DNA from: Bacteriovoracaceae bacterium
GTDB lineage: Bacteria; Bdellovibrionota; Bacteriovoracia; Bacteriovoracales; Bacteriovoracaceae
DNA length: 64,000 nucleotides
Reading direction: 5' to 3'
Assembly (NCBI GenBank): GCA_048270185.1
Contig: JBLWTJ010000003.1
Coordinates: 336,990-400,989 of the forward strand
In this document: positions 9,535 through 19,450 of the stretch, piece by piece
Position numbering within the stretch: position 1 is the first letter of the stretch
Layout: every line of letters begins with the position of its first letter
The notes under the pieces: model-generated
Told to the model about the DNA's origin: nothing
Databases searched by the model: none
The model's input: the letters and a program-made list of their open reading frames with translations, nothing else
Position numbers and translations under genes: made by a program

Positions 9535-10614
9535 ATGAAATACCTGATTCTCTCCGATCTCCATTTAGGCAAGGGTAGCTACCTGCAAAACGGTGAATTC
9601 AATATTCTTGAAGACTTCTTTGAGGATAATCGCTTCTATGAGTTTTGTGACTACTTTTCTTCCAAAGAATATTACTCTCAACCTGTAACAATTGTTATGA
9701 ATGGTGATATTTTAAACCTCATTCAAATTGATACTGATGGAGTCTTTACTCACGTTGTGGATGAAGAGATGACTAAGAAGCAAATTGAAGATATTGCTAA
9801 AGGGCATCCTCGTTTCTTTGCAGGCCTTAAGAAGTTCTTAAGAGCACCTCATAAGAGAATTGTCTATGTTGTCGGTAATCACGATGTGGGTATGCTTTTT
9901 AAGGGCGCTCAGGATAAGTTCTCTGATATTTGTGGCAGCCAAATAGAGTTTACTGAAACTTTTTGTGAGAATGGCCTACACGTTGAACACGGTCATCGTT
10001 TTGAAGCAGTTAACACAGTTCCTAAGGCCAAGCAATTTATCAAAGGGCCAAATGGTAAAGAGATTTTAAATTTTCCTTGGGGATCATTATTTTGTATTAA
10101 TGTTCTACCTAAGCTCAAAAAAGAGCGTCCATATATTGATAAGGTAAGACCTATGTCTTCCTACGTAAAATGGTGTCTCTTTAATGATACAAAGTTTTTC
10201 TTTCGTTTACTCTTTACTTGCCTTAATTACGTTACAAAGACTTATTCAAATTACTTTACGAAGCAAAATACGAACTTCAAGACGTCCATTAAAATTCTAC
10301 AACAAATCACTATTTATCCGCGCTATGAGCGTATGGCCCGTCGAATATTAGACAAAGATAGCTCTGTTCATACTGTTGTTATGGGACATACTCACGTTCA
10401 AGAGTGGAGGCGTTTTCCAGAAGGCCGCTATTACTTCAATACTGGAACTTGGAATAATATTCCGTCAATTGATGCAGCGATGCACCAAGATACTCTAAGC
10501 CTAACATATTGTACGGTAGAAGTTCACCCAGAAGGTAAGTCCTTAGTAAATGCATCAATGAATCAGTGGATGGGTCAGTGGAAGCCTTATATCGAAGAAG
10601 TTCGAACAAGCTAG
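9535..10614 (+). CDS. Calcineurin-like metallophosphoesterase (LpxH-like)
   Basis: SDLHLG, NGD, GNHD, HGH, GHTH motifs. Confidence 0.85.
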   Translation: MKYLILSDLHLGKGSYLQNGEFNILEDFFEDNRFYEFCDYFSSKEYYSQPVTIVMNGDILNLIQIDTDGVFTHVVDEEMTKKQIEDIAKGHPRFFAGLKKFLRAPHKRIVYVVGNHDVGMLFKGAQDKFSDICGSQIEFTETFCENGLHVEHGHRFEAVNTVPKAKQFIKGPNGKEILNFPWGSLFCINVLPKLKKERPYIDKVRPMSSYVKWCLFNDTKFFFRLLFTCLNYVTKTYSNYFTKQNTNFKTSIKILQQITIYPRYERMARRILDKDSSVHTVVMGHTHVQEWRRFPEGRYYFNTGTWNNIPSIDAAMHQDTLSLTYCTVEVHPEGKSLVNASMNQWMGQWKPYIEEVRTS

Positions 10615-10630
10615 ATCTTCTATTTTGAGC

Positions 10631-10673
10631 AAAAAAAAACGACGTTCCTAAAAAGTCCTTTCCCGAAACGCCG
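10631..10673 (-). terminator. Minus-strand intrinsic terminator with no adjacent annotated minus-strand gene
   Basis: Minus strand reads CGGCGUUUC...GGAACGUCG then U9; G-U pairs make the stem strand-specific. Confidence 0.55.
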
Positions 10674-10959
10674 AAGTGTCTTTAATTTTTTGTCTCTGCT
10701 TATTAATAAGTTTAGACGAATTTTCGAATTTCACAAGGACTATTTTCTTACAGTAACTCGCACCCAAGATCATCTTAGTCCATTATTCAAAACGCCCTAA
10801 TAGAGCTTGTTTACATGCTCTATAAATTATGTTTCTATAGTTTCTAACATCAATATTTTATTGATATATTTTGGTAGGTTTTTTTTGTTTGGCCACAGCT
10901 TTAGAGCTGACTAATAGAAATATTTTTGATAATAAAAACTTGGCCAGTTTACGACGAAT

Positions 10960-11589
10960 ATGAGGCAAATTATCGTGAAAAAGTATGAATCAATTAGAAT
11001 ATTTAAGAACCCAATTTTAGAGGCAACGACTCACGTTCATCCTATCGTTCCACTAGTTCTTTGGGCGCCATTTGTTATTTATCTAATTTACATTTCATAT
11101 ACCGAATATTCTTACTCTCACTCAAAACTTATCGTTTGCGCTGTTAGTGGAATCATTATTTGGACACTAACTGAGTATGTTCTACACCGCTTTGTTTTTC
11201 ACTTAAAACCAATTGGACCTTTAACTGAAAGATTTGTTTTCTTGTTTCATGGCCTTCATCACGATGATCCTAATGATCCGACGAGACTTGTTATGCCACC
11301 TGTTCCAGCTATTTTAATAATGGCCTTAATTTGGGGATTCTTTGCTCTCTTTATTCCTGAAAATTTTATGACAGGCTTCATGGCCTTCTTTATCGTCGGC
11401 TATCTTTGCTATGATTATATTCATTATGGAACACACCATTTTAAAATGACAGGCAAAGTGGGGCGCTACCTTAAGAAGTTTCACCTTCAACATCACTTTC
11501 GCCATGAGAAGGCAAAGTACGGCGTAAGCTCTCCATTATGGGACTATGTCTTTCGAACTGTAACAGGAGAAAAAGAAGAAGGTTATTAG
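10960..11589 (+). CDS. Fatty acid hydroxylase / sterol desaturase family (FA2H/Scs7-like)
   Basis: EYVLHRFVFH, HGLHH..P.D..RLVMPP, YDYIHYGTHH, HLQHH, YGVSS..WD.VF.T. Confidence 0.9.
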   Translation: MRQIIVKKYESIRIFKNPILEATTHVHPIVPLVLWAPFVIYLIYISYTEYSYSHSKLIVCAVSGIIIWTLTEYVLHRFVFHLKPIGPLTERFVFLFHGLHHDDPNDPTRLVMPPVPAILIMALIWGFFALFIPENFMTGFMAFFIVGYLCYDYIHYGTHHFKMTGKVGRYLKKFHLQHHFRHEKAKYGVSSPLWDYVFRTVTGEKEEGY

Positions 11590-12563
11590 AGCCAGTTACG
11601 CTCTTGATAATCTTTTGCTGTCATCTCAATTGTTGATTCTAGATTGTGGTTTGGAATAAATCCTAATGCTTGGATTTTTCCACTATGACAAAGCCAAGAG
11701 TCTTGCTCTAACTCGTTAACCTTATCTCCTGTAAGAGGTAAGTGAATCGGCATTGTGTAGAGGATTCCAGCAATGATTCTTAGAATGAAAATAGGAATTC
11801 CTAAAAAGATAACTTTCTTAACTCCTAAGCTCTTTGAAATCTGATTAATTAATTGCTCAAAGGTAACTTCCTCAATTGAGTTAACAAAGTAAATTTCATT
11901 TCTGACATTACTTTGGTTAGCACAAAGAATAATAGCATCAACTAAATCATATACATTAACAACACTGTAGCGCTTGTTCTTGGCCTTAATTCCAGGAGCT
12001 GTAACAATACGGCCCTTTACCATTTTAAATACGTCTAAGACGGCCGTATCACGAGGACCGATAACCATTGGAGGTCTGATGATTGAGGTGTCCCAAGACT
12101 CTGGTGCAAGCTCTTGAAGGGCCTGCTCTGCTGCAAGTTTCGAGAAGCCGTAGGCCGAGACAGGATTACTTTCAATCGTCTCATCACATGCTGTGGCCGA
12201 AGGTCCGGCAGCGGCTTGAGAAGAGATAAGAACAAAGTGTAATTTTGATTCATACTTAGTTTTTAAGTGATTGATTAGATCTTGAGTGGCAATTTGATTT
12301 GTTTTAGCAAAAGTCACTGAGTGCTTAGCTGATACAATACCGGCAGTGTGGATAACACAATTAAGATCACTTGGTAGATCCTTAATCCACCTTTTAATTG
12401 ATGCATCACTGAGGTCTCCCTGAATATACTCACCTGGAAGGTTTAGTTTTTGTGCTTTGGCCTCACTGCGTACAAGGGAGTAAACCTCGTGTCCTTGCGA
12501 ATGTAATTTGTCACAAAGGTGTGAGCCGACAAAACCTGTTGCACCAGTTACTAATACTTTCAT
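11586..12563 (-). CDS. NAD(P)-dependent extended SDR, candidate oxo-ceramide reductase
   Basis: VTGATGFVG, SS..A, YGFSK catalytic YxxxK; overlaps the GNAT gene by 1 bp. Family is confident, the specific role is inferred from context. Confidence 0.8.
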   Translation of the reverse strand: MKVLVTGATGFVGSHLCDKLHSQGHEVYSLVRSEAKAQKLNLPGEYIQGDLSDASIKRWIKDLPSDLNCVIHTAGIVSAKHSVTFAKTNQIATQDLINHLKTKYESKLHFVLISSQAAAGPSATACDETIESNPVSAYGFSKLAAEQALQELAPESWDTSIIRPPMVIGPRDTAVLDVFKMVKGRIVTAPGIKAKNKRYSVVNVYDLVDAIILCANQSNVRNEIYFVNSIEEVTFEQLINQISKSLGVKKVIFLGIPIFILRIIAGILYTMPIHLPLTGDKVNELEQDSWLCHSGKIQALGFIPNHNLESTIEMTAKDYQERNWL

Positions 12564-13690
12564 TAGATCTCTTTTTGAAAAATACGATACTTACGATAAG
12601 GAGTTGCATTCATTCGAATAAGTGGTTTATTCATATTTAAATTATCTTCTAGAATCCAACTCATTTCTATATTCTTATATTTTGGATATTTTCTAATATT
12701 ACTCTGGCAACGGTAGTAGAGAATTGATTCAAGCCCAAAGAGGCGATACTTCTTCTTAACACCCATTGTGATGACACGAACTGTATTGATCTTTGACTGG
12801 TGAGCAAGGACTTTAAAAATTCCCGTCGGGAATAGACGTCCATTTGGGATTTTATGAAGAACTTGATTGAAGTCTGGTAGAGCAACAATAAAGCCTGCTT
12901 CAACTCCATCCACTAGAGCAAAGAGAATAAGCCTTTCATCAGCGACTGTTTTTAAATCTGCTGCCATGGCGTAGAATTCATCTTTAGTCATTGGGACAAA
13001 GCCCCAGTTTTCTTCCCATGCATCATTGTAGATATCATACATGAGCTTAATTTCTCTCTCCCAGTTCTTCTTTGAAACTGTACGATAAGAAATGGCCTGC
13101 TTTTTTTCTGCACGGGCCGCAATCTTAGTGATAACTTCAGGAAGATCTTGCTTTGTTTCCATATGGTAAGCAAGAAGGTCCATGGCCTTTGCAAAGCCTA
13201 GTTCTTCAATATATTGCTGATAGTATTCATAGTTATAGATCATCATAAGAACAGGTATTTCTCCATGTCCTTTGATAAGAGTTCCACATTCGTAATTTGT
13301 CGAAGGATTAAAAGGGCCCACAAATTTAGTCATTCCAAGTGACTTACACCACTCAGTTGCAGCATTAAAGAGAGTTTTAAAAACTTCTTTATCATCAATC
13401 GCTTCAAAGAAGCCCCAATGGCCTTCTTGAGTTTTATGGAATTTATTATAGTTTCGATTATTAATGGCCGTAATACGTCCAACATCTTTTCCATCTTTAA
13501 TGGCAATGTAGAAAGCACAATCTGCTGTTTGATAGAAAGGGTGTTTATTATTAAAAAGTTTGTTTAATTCCATACGAAGCTGAGGAACCCAGCTTTGATC
13601 GTTTTTATAGATATTAAATTGAATATCGATAAATCTCTTTCGGGCCTTCTTATCATTTAAAACATCAACTTTTTCGATATAAATGGCCAT
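12563..13690 (-). CDS. GNAT-fold acyltransferase, candidate bacterial ceramide synthase
   Basis: WVP.L, VGRI.A, G..GFFE..DD, GPFNPSTN.ECG, N.AW..NWGFVP, E.SWILEDN..M motifs; directly downstream of SPT. Confidence 0.8.
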   Translation of the reverse strand: MAIYIEKVDVLNDKKARKRFIDIQFNIYKNDQSWVPQLRMELNKLFNNKHPFYQTADCAFYIAIKDGKDVGRITAINNRNYNKFHKTQEGHWGFFEAIDDKEVFKTLFNAATEWCKSLGMTKFVGPFNPSTNYECGTLIKGHGEIPVLMMIYNYEYYQQYIEELGFAKAMDLLAYHMETKQDLPEVITKIAARAEKKQAISYRTVSKKNWEREIKLMYDIYNDAWEENWGFVPMTKDEFYAMAADLKTVADERLILFALVDGVEAGFIVALPDFNQVLHKIPNGRLFPTGIFKVLAHQSKINTVRVITMGVKKKYRLFGLESILYYRCQSNIRKYPKYKNIEMSWILEDNLNMNKPLIRMNATPYRKYRIFQKEI

Positions 13691-13713
13691 AAACTTTCCT
13701 TTCTTCTAGGCTC

Positions 13714-14922
13714 CTAGTGAACAATTGTCGAAGGGATATCAAATTCCTTCTTCGCCTTTGCAAATACTTCAAGGACTTTGCTTAATTCGCTCTTATTATG
13801 AGTTGCCATATAGCTTGTACGAATAAGGGCCTCACCTTTTGGAACTGCTGGAGGTAGTACTGGAGTAGCAAAAACTCCGTTTTCACTTAGAAATTTTGTA
13901 ATAAGAACAGACTTCACATCATCTCCAATAAAGATTGGAATGATCGGTGTCTGAGAATTATATGTATAGAAACCAATTTCTTGGAATCCCTTTCTCATAA
14001 ATTCAACATTGTCCCATAATTTAGCGTGTAGCGTGTCGTCTTCTTGAATAACATCAAGACATGCAGATACTGTTGCCACAGCTGATGGTGCCATTGAAGC
14101 AGAGAACATAAAAGATCTTGCTAAGTGCTTTACATAATCAATAGTCTCTTCATCACCAGATAAAACTCCACCGATTGAAGCAAAAGACTTTGAGAAAGTT
14201 CCCATATTTAAATGAACTTTGTCCGTTAGACCAAAGTGATTCATTGTTCCTGCGCCTTTTTCTCCCATCACACCGATACCATGAGCGTCGTCAACGTAGA
14301 TATAGGCTCCATATTTTTCTGCTAATCTTGTCATCTCTGGAAGATTGGCAATATCTCCAGTCATTGAGAAAACACCATCTGCGACGATGATAACCTTTTG
14401 AAAGCGGCTAATATTAGCTTCAAGTTGCTCTTCAAGAGATTCCATATCGTTGTGGCGATACTTAAATGTTGTACCCATTGCTAGGCGAGAAGCATCGATA
14501 ATTGAAGCGTGGTTTTCTGAGTCAAAGAGCATACAATCTCTTGGGCCACAAATGGCCGAAAGAGCACCTAGGTTTGTCTGCATACCAGTTGAAAAGATGA
14601 GGGCCTTTTCATGTCCAAGGTAGCGCGCAAGCTTTTCTTCAAGCTCTTCGTGAATTGTCAGGTTACCGTTTAGAAAGCGTGAACCAGTACAACCTGTACC
14701 GTATTTTTCAATGGCCTTAATAGCCGCTTCTTTGACATGTGGGTGGTGAGTAAGTCCTAAGTAGTTATTAGAACCAATCATGATCTGATCTCGGCCATCA
14801 ATTTTTACTACTGTTCCTTCTGAATCTCCAATCTGGCGAAAGAAAGGGTATAGGTCTTTAGATTTAAGCATTTTTGCTTTATCCATTAAACGCTCGGCGG
14901 CAGCAGAAAATTTTAGCGACAT
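13714..14922 (-). CDS. spt: Serine palmitoyltransferase (alpha-oxoamine synthase family)
   Basis: SNNYLGL, GTG.TGSRFLNG, NHASI, DDAHG, GTFSKSFASIGG PLP-lysine motif of SPT type; neighbours fit a sphingolipid pathway. Confidence 0.8.
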   Translation of the reverse strand: MSLKFSAAAERLMDKAKMLKSKDLYPFFRQIGDSEGTVVKIDGRDQIMIGSNNYLGLTHHPHVKEAAIKAIEKYGTGCTGSRFLNGNLTIHEELEEKLARYLGHEKALIFSTGMQTNLGALSAICGPRDCMLFDSENHASIIDASRLAMGTTFKYRHNDMESLEEQLEANISRFQKVIIVADGVFSMTGDIANLPEMTRLAEKYGAYIYVDDAHGIGVMGEKGAGTMNHFGLTDKVHLNMGTFSKSFASIGGVLSGDEETIDYVKHLARSFMFSASMAPSAVATVSACLDVIQEDDTLHAKLWDNVEFMRKGFQEIGFYTYNSQTPIIPIFIGDDVKSVLITKFLSENGVFATPVLPPAVPKGEALIRTSYMATHNKSELSKVLEVFAKAKKEFDIPSTIVH

Positions 14923-14998
14923 AATTCACATCTCATTTGAATTGTATTAATAATAAAAGGACTAACGAGGAATTTAGCCACTTAGCATTGACAAGTCA

Positions 14999-15982
14999 AT
15001 GAAAGATATACGCATTGTGACAGAAGATCGATCAAAATTTCTTAACTTTAAATCGACCAGTATTCTACTGGTTGTGCTACTTAGTTTACTTAGCTGCCAA
15101 TCAAGTGAAGGCCCTATCGAAAAAGTCATGGAGTCTGAAGTTGTGGACTGGAAATCTCCATGTGATTTAAAGAATTTATGCGAAAAAGATGATCTTTTAA
15201 GCTCCCTCAATGGCCCCCTTTCTTTTCGAAAAGATCTTAAAAATCTCATTGATAAAAAGCCGAAGAAATTCCAGCAAAAATACGGCGACGAGTTCTATTA
15301 TATTTGTGGCCAATTAATAGCGGTTGGCGGCTGTGAAATTATTACAAATGACGCACTGAGAATAAGTGGGAAACAATTTGAATATTTTATGCATGGACTT
15401 GCTCACTGCCATCACTTCAATTGTCATGAGTACTTTCAAAATAATAAGTCAAAGCTTGAGACAAAAATCCATGGTTCAAAGAAGTCTCAAAAGTACTTCT
15501 ATCTTATGGCCATTAAACTGCCGCTTCCTTGGTTTAAGAAATCGTCCTATCTAGACAAGTATCTTTTCATCATTGATGGAGAAATCATCAGATATGAGGA
15601 TCTAGGGCCTCTTATTAGTTCAATTCCAAATCATCAAGGGATAAAGACTTTCATTGCTAAGAATTTTCACAAGATTGATCAAAATCTTGATGGTGTTGCT
15701 GTTTACTTGGCCCGTTATCAAACAGGTTGGCATGATAAGTATTATAAATTGTTCTTAGATACTAATAAGCAAGAGGCCATCAGTGCATTCATTCTTTCAA
15801 TGCGAATTGGTTGCCCAAGTGAAAAGACAATTCTTGCATTTAAAGGCCATTTAACAAAAGAAAATCGCATAGTATTTGAAGAGACCCTCAAACAAGAAAT
15901 TTTAGATCGAGAATTTAAAGAGTGGAAACTTAAGACGAAGAAAGACTCTAAGTGCCTTTCTTCATCGCAGCCTGTTTTCTAA
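14999..15982 (+). CDS. Hypothetical protein, probable lipoprotein
   Basis: 327-aa ORF with hydrophobic stretch ending LLSC; start uncertain. Confidence 0.6.
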   Translation: MKDIRIVTEDRSKFLNFKSTSILLVVLLSLLSCQSSEGPIEKVMESEVVDWKSPCDLKNLCEKDDLLSSLNGPLSFRKDLKNLIDKKPKKFQQKYGDEFYYICGQLIAVGGCEIITNDALRISGKQFEYFMHGLAHCHHFNCHEYFQNNKSKLETKIHGSKKSQKYFYLMAIKLPLPWFKKSSYLDKYLFIIDGEIIRYEDLGPLISSIPNHQGIKTFIAKNFHKIDQNLDGVAVYLARYQTGWHDKYYKLFLDTNKQEAISAFILSMRIGCPSEKTILAFKGHLTKENRIVFEETLKQEILDREFKEWKLKTKKDSKCLSSSQPVF

Positions 15983-16691
15983 GCTCTTCACCTCGAGCTT
16001 CTGAATTGATTGAGAGAACGAGATCTTCCTCAATATCTTTGTCCATATTTTGAAAAGCGACACCAATTCCAATCGGTGTTTCCTCGTTATTATCGATAGG
16101 CCATGATGCCACGATTTTAACTTGAGGAACTTGAAACCTCTTTGATGCAAGACGAACTGTTGCATCTGCAAAAATCGCTTCTTTCTTAAATTTTTCAACA
16201 AAGTCTGCAGGACAGTTAAAGCTAGTTCCCCCGGCCGAAATATCATTGCAGTCAAAGACGTCTTCTTCTATTTTTATCTGGATAGGGATGAAGGCATTAG
16301 CATGAAGTCTATAATTTGATCTTTGTTGACTCTTATAAACAGGTCGATCGACTTTCATCTTATAGAGATCTTCTGAAGCATTAAAAGCTAAGTATGAACT
16401 TGAAAAGAGTATCACTGATTTAAAAGTAATCTTGATGAGTACTTCTTTTTCTTTGTGTTTTGAACCAGCAAGCTTCGCAATAATACTTGCGTCATGGTCA
16501 AGAGTTAATTCAAGATTCTCTTCATTTAGCGACTTAACTTTAAACCTTTCTACTTTATCTTTGTCTTGACCTTTACACCAGATTTCAACACTTAAGCCGT
16601 CTGTTACGGCCCTTTTTAAAAAGCTAAGTCTTTCGTCTTTAGGAATCTCAGAGAAGTAAAACTTCTTGTTCGCATCCATTTCTTTTCTCAC
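15948..16691 (-). CDS. PilZ-domain c-di-GMP effector (YcgR-like layout)
   Basis: RSNYR (RxxxR) and DISAGG (D/NxSxxG); start may be ATG at 16679. Confidence 0.85.
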   Translation of the reverse strand: MRKEMDANKKFYFSEIPKDERLSFLKRAVTDGLSVEIWCKGQDKDKVERFKVKSLNEENLELTLDHDASIIAKLAGSKHKEKEVLIKITFKSVILFSSSYLAFNASEDLYKMKVDRPVYKSQQRSNYRLHANAFIPIQIKIEEDVFDCNDISAGGTSFNCPADFVEKFKKEAIFADATVRLASKRFQVPQVKIVASWPIDNNEETPIGIGVAFQNMDKDIEEDLVLSINSEARGEELRKQAAMKKGT

Positions 16692-16820
16692 TTTAAATTA
16701 TTTAAATAATGCTTCAAGTTATTAATATTAAATATATTTTAATCAAAGTTTCCATTCAGTTCAAATTGTGGCAAATTCTACAGATAAAGGCCCAAAATGA
16801 TAGAAAAAAACGAGGTATAG

Positions 16821-19436
16821 ATGAAAAATGCAACTCCAGTGGTCAAGTATTTAGCCGATTACAAAGCACCAACACATAAGATTGAAACAGTTAGTCTCGA
16901 ATTTCACTTAGATGATACCCAAACTCAGGTTTTCTCTAAGATGGAAATTACTCCTGTATCAGGACAAGTTCTCGAGCTCAATGGTGAAGAATTAATTTTA
17001 AAGTCCGTAAAAGTAAACGGAGAAGATTTCAAAAATTATAAAGAGGCAGATGATATTCTAACTCTTGAAAACTTACCAACAGATAAATTCACTTTAGAAA
17101 TTCATAATGAAATTAATCCAAAGGGAAATACTGCTCTTGATGGTTTGTATAAATCAGGTGGAATGTTTTGTTCTCAAAATGAACCAGAAGGATTTAGAAG
17201 AATTACATACTTCATTGATCGTCCAGATAACTTAAGTATTTTTACGACGAAAATTATCGCTGATAAGAAAGATTATCCTTTTCTTCTTTCAAACGGAAAT
17301 TTAATTGAACAAGGTGATTTAGAAGACGGTAAACATTTCGCAATATGGAATGATCCATTTGCAAAACCGGCTTATCTCTATGCTCTTGTGGCAGGGGATC
17401 TCGCCGTTATTGAAGATACTTTCACGACAAAATCTGGTCGCGATGTAAAGCTTCAAGTCTTTGTTGATAAAGGAAATGAAGATAAGTCTCACCACGCCAT
17501 GGAGTCACTTAAGAAGTCAATGAAGTGGGATGAAGATAGATTTAGACTTGAATACGATCTCGATATTTATATGATCGTTGCCGTTGACTCATTCAATATG
17601 GGAGCAATGGAGAATAAAGGTCTAAATATCTTTAACTCAGCTTATGTACTTGCTTCAAAAGAGACAGCAGAAGACCGTAACTTTTTTGGAATTGAGGCCG
17701 TTGTCGGTCACGAGTACTTCCACAACTGGACAGGTAATCGTGTTACTTGTCGTGATTGGTTCCAACTTACTCTTAAAGAAGGTCTGACAGTTTTTAGAGA
17801 TCAAGAATTCTCAGCTGATTTAAATTCAAGATCAGTTTGTCGTATTAACGATGTAATCAATCTAAAGGCAGCTCAATTCCCTGAAGATGCAGGGCCTCAG
17901 TCTCACCCAATTCAACCAAAGTCATATATTGAAATGAACAACTTCTACACAATGACGGTATATGAAAAAGGTGCGGAAGTTATTCGTATGTATCACACTC
18001 TATTAGGAGAGGAAGGTTTCCAAAGAGGGATGGATAAATACTTTGAACTCTACGACGGACAAGCTGTTACAACGGCAGACTTTACGCATGCCATGAGTGT
18101 GGCCAATGATAATTATGACTTCTCTCAATTTAGAAGATGGTATGATCAATCAGGAACACCAGTTCTCGATGTAACAACTTCTTATGATGAGAGTGCAAAA
18201 GAATTTACACTTGAGATCAATCAGTCGACTCCAGCGACACCTGGGCAGCCGACAAAAGAACCATTTCACATGCCATTTCTATTAGGGCTTCTTGATAGTA
18301 AAGGTGCTGATATGAAGCTTTCACTTAAGAATCGCCAAGATCAAAAAGATCTTGCCCGTGGCTTAGTTCATATTAAAGCTGATTCAGAAGTATTTGTTTT
18401 TGAAAATATTCAAGAAAGGCCAGTTGCTTCTCTTAATCGAAACTTCAGCGCACCAGTTGTTCTTAGATCTGATCTGACTGATGAGGATTTCGTCTTCTTA
18501 ATGGCAAATGATAATGATGATTTTAATCGTTATGAAGCAGGGCAAGCTCTTGCTCTTAAAAATATCCATGCACTATTAAATGATAAGAATTATCAGATTG
18601 ATGAAGTTTTCGTTAAAGCATGGGGAGCAATCTTAAATGATAAGAATATCGATGAGGAATTCAAGGCCGTCTGCCTAGGGCTTCCATCAAAGACTGATAT
18701 TGCAGCGACTATTGGAATTCCAGATTATAGTGCAATTCATGAAGCACAGGAGAAACTATTCAAACTTCTTGCAAGTACATATGAGCAAGAACTTAGTGCA
18801 ATTTATAATGAACTAAGCACTGAGCGTGAATTTAAAGTTGATGCAAAAGCAATGGGGGAGAGAAGACTTAGAGGATTTGCTCTATCATGTCTTTCAACTC
18901 TTGATTCTCATAAAGATCTTGCTCGTGAAGCTTTTAAAGGTGCAACGAATATGACTGATATGATGAATTCTCTTTCATCAATGGTTCATGAAGCTCTACC
19001 TGGTGCAGATGAATCACTAAAAGAATTTTACGCACGCTTTAAAGATCAAACTCTTGTTATGCAAAAGTGGCTAAGTGTTCAGGCATCAAATTGTGCCGAC
19101 TCAACTTTTGATCTCGTTCAAGAATTAATGAAAGATGAAGTCTTTGATATGAATGTACCAAATTTAGTTTCAGCTCTTATTGGTACCTTTGCACGCAATA
19201 AAGTTCAGTTTAACCACAAGAGTGGACGTGGACTTAAGTTCATTGCAAAAATGATGAAAGAAGTTGATGCTATCAACCCTCAATCCGCTTCAAGACTTGC
19301 TGGTGCATTTAACGATTATCGTAAAATGCCTGCTGATCTGAAGGCCATTGCAAAAGCAGAACTAGAGGCGATTGTTGCTGATGAGAAGACATCGAAGAAT
19401 GTTTACGAGAAACTAACAAAAACACTTAATTCTTAA
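16821..19436 (+). CDS. pepN: Aminopeptidase N (M1)
   Basis: GAMENKGLN, HEYFH..TGNRVTCRDWFQLTLKEG, NNFYT.TVYEKG. Confidence 0.97.
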   Translation: MKNATPVVKYLADYKAPTHKIETVSLEFHLDDTQTQVFSKMEITPVSGQVLELNGEELILKSVKVNGEDFKNYKEADDILTLENLPTDKFTLEIHNEINPKGNTALDGLYKSGGMFCSQNEPEGFRRITYFIDRPDNLSIFTTKIIADKKDYPFLLSNGNLIEQGDLEDGKHFAIWNDPFAKPAYLYALVAGDLAVIEDTFTTKSGRDVKLQVFVDKGNEDKSHHAMESLKKSMKWDEDRFRLEYDLDIYMIVAVDSFNMGAMENKGLNIFNSAYVLASKETAEDRNFFGIEAVVGHEYFHNWTGNRVTCRDWFQLTLKEGLTVFRDQEFSADLNSRSVCRINDVINLKAAQFPEDAGPQSHPIQPKSYIEMNNFYTMTVYEKGAEVIRMYHTLLGEEGFQRGMDKYFELYDGQAVTTADFTHAMSVANDNYDFSQFRRWYDQSGTPVLDVTTSYDESAKEFTLEINQSTPATPGQPTKEPFHMPFLLGLLDSKGADMKLSLKNRQDQKDLARGLVHIKADSEVFVFENIQERPVASLNRNFSAPVVLRSDLTDEDFVFLMANDNDDFNRYEAGQALALKNIHALLNDKNYQIDEVFVKAWGAILNDKNIDEEFKAVCLGLPSKTDIAATIGIPDYSAIHEAQEKLFKLLASTYEQELSAIYNELSTEREFKVDAKAMGERRLRGFALSCLSTLDSHKDLAREAFKGATNMTDMMNSLSSMVHEALPGADESLKEFYARFKDQTLVMQKWLSVQASNCADSTFDLVQELMKDEVFDMNVPNLVSALIGTFARNKVQFNHKSGRGLKFIAKMMKEVDAINPQSASRLAGAFNDYRKMPADLKAIAKAELEAIVADEKTSKNVYEKLTKTLNS

Positions 19437-19450
19437 TAAAGGATACTGAC

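Noticed and set aside
9535..10614. Metallophosphoesterase as a sphingolipid headgroup enzyme
   Set aside because: Only proximity supports it; it is coupled to the DGC operon instead.
13714..14922. Call as bioF or kbl
   Set aside because: No bio or tdh genes adjacent; the GTFSKS motif and GNAT/SDR/hydroxylase neighbours favour SPT, though phylogeny is still needed.
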